Assembly: GCA_963676915.2 (NCBI GenBank)
Contig: CAXXVK010000013.1
Location: 46,584-110,583 of the forward strand
Reading direction: 5' to 3'
Length of the DNA stretch: 64,000 nt
Origin: Myxococcota bacterium
GTDB lineage: Bacteria; Myxococcota_A; SURF-8; G963663525
Below the pieces are notes generated by a model that searched no databases, was not told the DNA's origin, and saw nothing but the letters and a program-made list of their open reading frames with translations. Of the stretch, positions 61,440 to 64,000 are shown one piece after another. The stretch's first letter is position 1; each line of letters opens with the position of its first letter. The position numbers and the translations under genes were made by a program.

Positions 61440-62678
61440 ATGATGAAAATCAGATATTCGTTATTTTTTATCATTTGCATGATTACGTTCTTTGCTTGCG
61501 GGTCGGACGACTCGAACAATGATCAGGTGATTCCGGGTGACGGAGATGTGGAAGAGGAACTGGCTGACTCGTCTGAAGATGAAGAAACACCCGATGTATA
61601 TCTGCCTGCCGACGAGCCTGGTCCTTATCTTGCCGCTGCTATGGCCGTTACGTTTTATGATGAAGAGCGCGACCGGGAACTTCCCGGAACGCTTTGGTAT
61701 CCCACATCGGCTCAGACCGGCGACGCCATGTTGTATCAAGGCGTGTTGCCTTTGGGTAATGCTTTGACCAACGTTCCGATTGCGGACGGCGTGTTTCCTT
61801 TGATCGCTTTTTCTCACGGGCATCAGGCGTTTGATGCGCAGTCCTATTTCCTGACCGAATACCTGGCAACCCACGGTTACGTGATTGTGTCCTGCGACCA
61901 TATCGAGGATACGACCGCTACTTCCGAGCCGGAATACACCGCCAAAAGCGCTTTGGATCGTCCACAGGACGTGATTTTGATGCTCCAAACCGCCTTAGGA
62001 TGGAATGAAGACTCCGAGCATTTGCTGAAAGGTCATATTGACGAGGAAAACATCGGTATCACCGGACATAGTTTCGGAGCCTATACCACTTTTGCGTCGT
62101 TGGGGCCTGCCATCGATTTCGCCGATTTTGTCCAGCGTTGCAACGCCATGGAGGAAAGCGAGTGGCAAGGTCCGTGGCGTTTCTGTAAAGAATTGGGTCG
62201 TTCCGATCTTTCGTACGTCGAATACTGCAAACCTTGCTCGTTTACCGCTCCGCAGGTCAAGGCTGCCGTTCCCATGTGTCCGGCGGCACGTAAAGTATTT
62301 TTAGATGGTGAAATCGCCAAAATCGACGTGCCGATCTTGATCATGGCCGGTGAAGAAGATACGACCACTCCCGCCGTCGATGAAGTACATCCGTTCTTCG
62401 AAGATGCGACTCATCCCGATACGATGTACTGGGAGTTGAAAAACGCAGGGCACTTCACGTTTTCCAACATGTGCATGATTCTCAACGACCCGGATTTCGG
62501 ATGCGGCGAGGACTTCATCGATGCACAGCGCGCCTTCGATCTCATCAACACGGCGACGACGGCGTATTTCGGTATTTTCCTGAAAAACGAGGAACGTTAC
62601 CGCAGCTATTTCGAAGATGACTATCTTGCAACAGCACCGGAAGTCGTGTTGGAGAAGAAAGACTCCGAAGCTCGTTAA
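61440..62678 (+). CDS. Alpha/beta-hydrolase lipoprotein
   Basis: Lipobox FFAC; FSHG, GHSFG, GEEDTT, GHFTFS (Ser-Asp-His triad). Confidence 0.9.
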   Translation: MMKIRYSLFFIICMITFFACGSDDSNNDQVIPGDGDVEEELADSSEDEETPDVYLPADEPGPYLAAAMAVTFYDEERDRELPGTLWYPTSAQTGDAMLYQGVLPLGNALTNVPIADGVFPLIAFSHGHQAFDAQSYFLTEYLATHGYVIVSCDHIEDTTATSEPEYTAKSALDRPQDVILMLQTALGWNEDSEHLLKGHIDEENIGITGHSFGAYTTFASLGPAIDFADFVQRCNAMEESEWQGPWRFCKELGRSDLSYVEYCKPCSFTAPQVKAAVPMCPAARKVFLDGEIAKIDVPILIMAGEEDTTTPAVDEVHPFFEDATHPDTMYWELKNAGHFTFSNMCMILNDPDFGCGEDFIDAQRAFDLINTATTAYFGIFLKNEERYRSYFEDDYLATAPEVVLEKKDSEAR

Positions 62679-62690
62679 AAACGATTTTAG

Positions 62691-62866
62691 CCCGGAACAT
62701 TCATGAGAAATCGTTGCGAGACGCTGAAAACCGATAATATTTCGCGAAGTTGGAACGATTTTTTAACGGAAGCATACTTGACAGTATGTTGAGTATAAAA
62801 AATCGGGAAACGAGTGAAAGATCGAGGATTTTCAAGTCGCAGCAGGTTTTTCATGAATGTTCCGGG
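62691..62866. mobile_element. MITE family B, copy 3 (inverted relative to copy 1)
   Basis: Perfect TIR CCCGGAACATTCATGA, TTAG on both sides. Confidence 0.9.
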
Positions 62867-62871
62867 TTAGG

Positions 62872-63633
62872 TTAGGGAAGGGGGACGCAGGCTAAAACAT
62901 ACAGCATGTTTGGCCAGCCAAGCGGACCTTCGCCCCGTGGATCGTCCCAGCGTTCGACGATTTCGGCATGCTGTTCCACGTAGGTTTCCGTTGCCGAAGA
63001 TACCGTATGGTTTCTTTGCACGGAAATCGTCGTGCGGCCGTTGTCGATCTGGCGTTCTATCACCGTCATTTCCAGCGATTGAGAAAGGCTGAGTCGGGCA
63101 TCCTGAAGGGCTTTTTCTTCCTGGTCGGAAGGATCGAGCGTCGGTCCTGACAACCCCAGGGTGCAGACATTTCCTGCGGTATTCGGTGGGTCGTACAGCC
63201 AAGCGGGAATTTTTCGGGAAGAGTGACTCGATCCTTCGAAATTCGACGGGCAGGCTATGGCTCGGACGATTGTTCCATTGGTGATTCCCGGAACGTCTTC
63301 CTGGAAACGTTGGACAGAGACAATGCGAGTGTCCTGCACCAATCCCTGTATTGTCTGCTGGGTGTGTTGCTGTGTCGTTCCGTCGGCTGTTTCTCGAAAT
63401 TCACTGACGACATGCACGCCCAGTCGAGCTTCTGCGAGCGCGAAGAGCGCGTTTTCGCGGGCTTGTCGGTATGCGTCACCCGGATTCAAGGTTGGCCCGG
63501 AATCCCCTGAAACGCAATCGGAAGGCCAGTTGTGGGAATTGAAGGAACCGGCTCGCCCTGTCGAGCAGCCGAATGCCAAAAAGGCGGTGGCCAATAGAGC
63601 CACCGCCGTCAAGATTATCCCTAAACGTGTCAT
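62872..63633 (-). CDS. LPP20-like lipoprotein
   Basis: Lipobox AFGC; two A..A..AR..L helical modules; PAWLYDPP. Confidence 0.65.
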   Translation of the reverse strand: MTRLGIILTAVALLATAFLAFGCSTGRAGSFNSHNWPSDCVSGDSGPTLNPGDAYRQARENALFALAEARLGVHVVSEFRETADGTTQQHTQQTIQGLVQDTRIVSVQRFQEDVPGITNGTIVRAIACPSNFEGSSHSSRKIPAWLYDPPNTAGNVCTLGLSGPTLDPSDQEEKALQDARLSLSQSLEMTVIERQIDNGRTTISVQRNHTVSSATETYVEQHAEIVERWDDPRGEGPLGWPNMLYVLACVPLP

Positions 63634-63639
63634 TTGGGA

Positions 63640-64000
63640 CTACTTCTGATTGAGTTTGTCCATTTCTTTGTCGAGTTCGTCAAACGCTTTGGCTGCGTTT
63701 TCTTCGACGTACTTGCGCACGCCGGAATCCAACTGCTGCATTTCGGAAACGGCCTTTTTGAAGGTTTCCATATCCATCATAACCAGAGCGTAGAACGTAC
63801 CGCTTTTCTTGGAAATCCAGCTATCCACCATCTGCGTACCGACGAGGGTCTGATCGGTGATGGTTTTGCTGACCGAGGTTACGGCCTGCTCGTCCGAGGC
63901 GGCTTTTCCGTAGTTTTCACCACCGGTTACCGTGGCCTGATAATCCTTTACCATAGCCTGCACGCGAGTGCGCAAGGCGTCGGCGATTTCCGTACGTCCA
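63640..64000 (-). CDS. LPP20-like protein, 5' end outside the window
   Basis: Open to the edge; RTRVQAMVKDY...QTLVGT...FYALV...AFDELDKE. Confidence 0.7.
   Translation of the reverse strand, partial: GRTEIADALRTRVQAMVKDYQATVTGGENYGKAASDEQAVTSVSKTITDQTLVGTQMVDSWISKKSGTFYALVMMDMETFKKAVSEMQQLDSGVRKYVEENAAKAFDELDKEMDKLNQK

Overview
About 64 kb of bacterial chromosome. The gene content (many Cys-rich, acidic-linker lipoproteins, RRM protein, PSP1, bactofilin, yicC-gmk-RSH, tRNA-Leu-tig) suggests a deltaproteobacteria-like lineage, but this is inference only. Housekeeping genes (dnaJ, a stand-alone fusA, CCA/PAP nucleotidyltransferase, glyA-gcvT fusion, yicC, gmk, RelA/SpoT, tig) are interleaved with many predicted lipoproteins and three families of short non-autonomous mobile elements. 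The most notable locus is a sigma70 promoter and compact cobalamin riboswitch controlling a single lipoprotein built from 5 EGF-like repeats and 3 copies of an unassigned Trp-rich domain, a candidate new B12-capture protein. Other candidates are a shared acidic post-lipobox motif alongside a TPR/beta-barrel (Slam-like) operon, an exported PEP-synthase-like lipoprotein, a tandem radical SAM enzyme, a carbamoyltransferase triple fusion, and a REP doublet nested in a MITE. Three genes carry single-base indels in short homopolymers, probably assembly errors. No rRNA, CRISPR array, integrase or transposase was seen. All family calls come from motifs recognised by eye, not from database searches.
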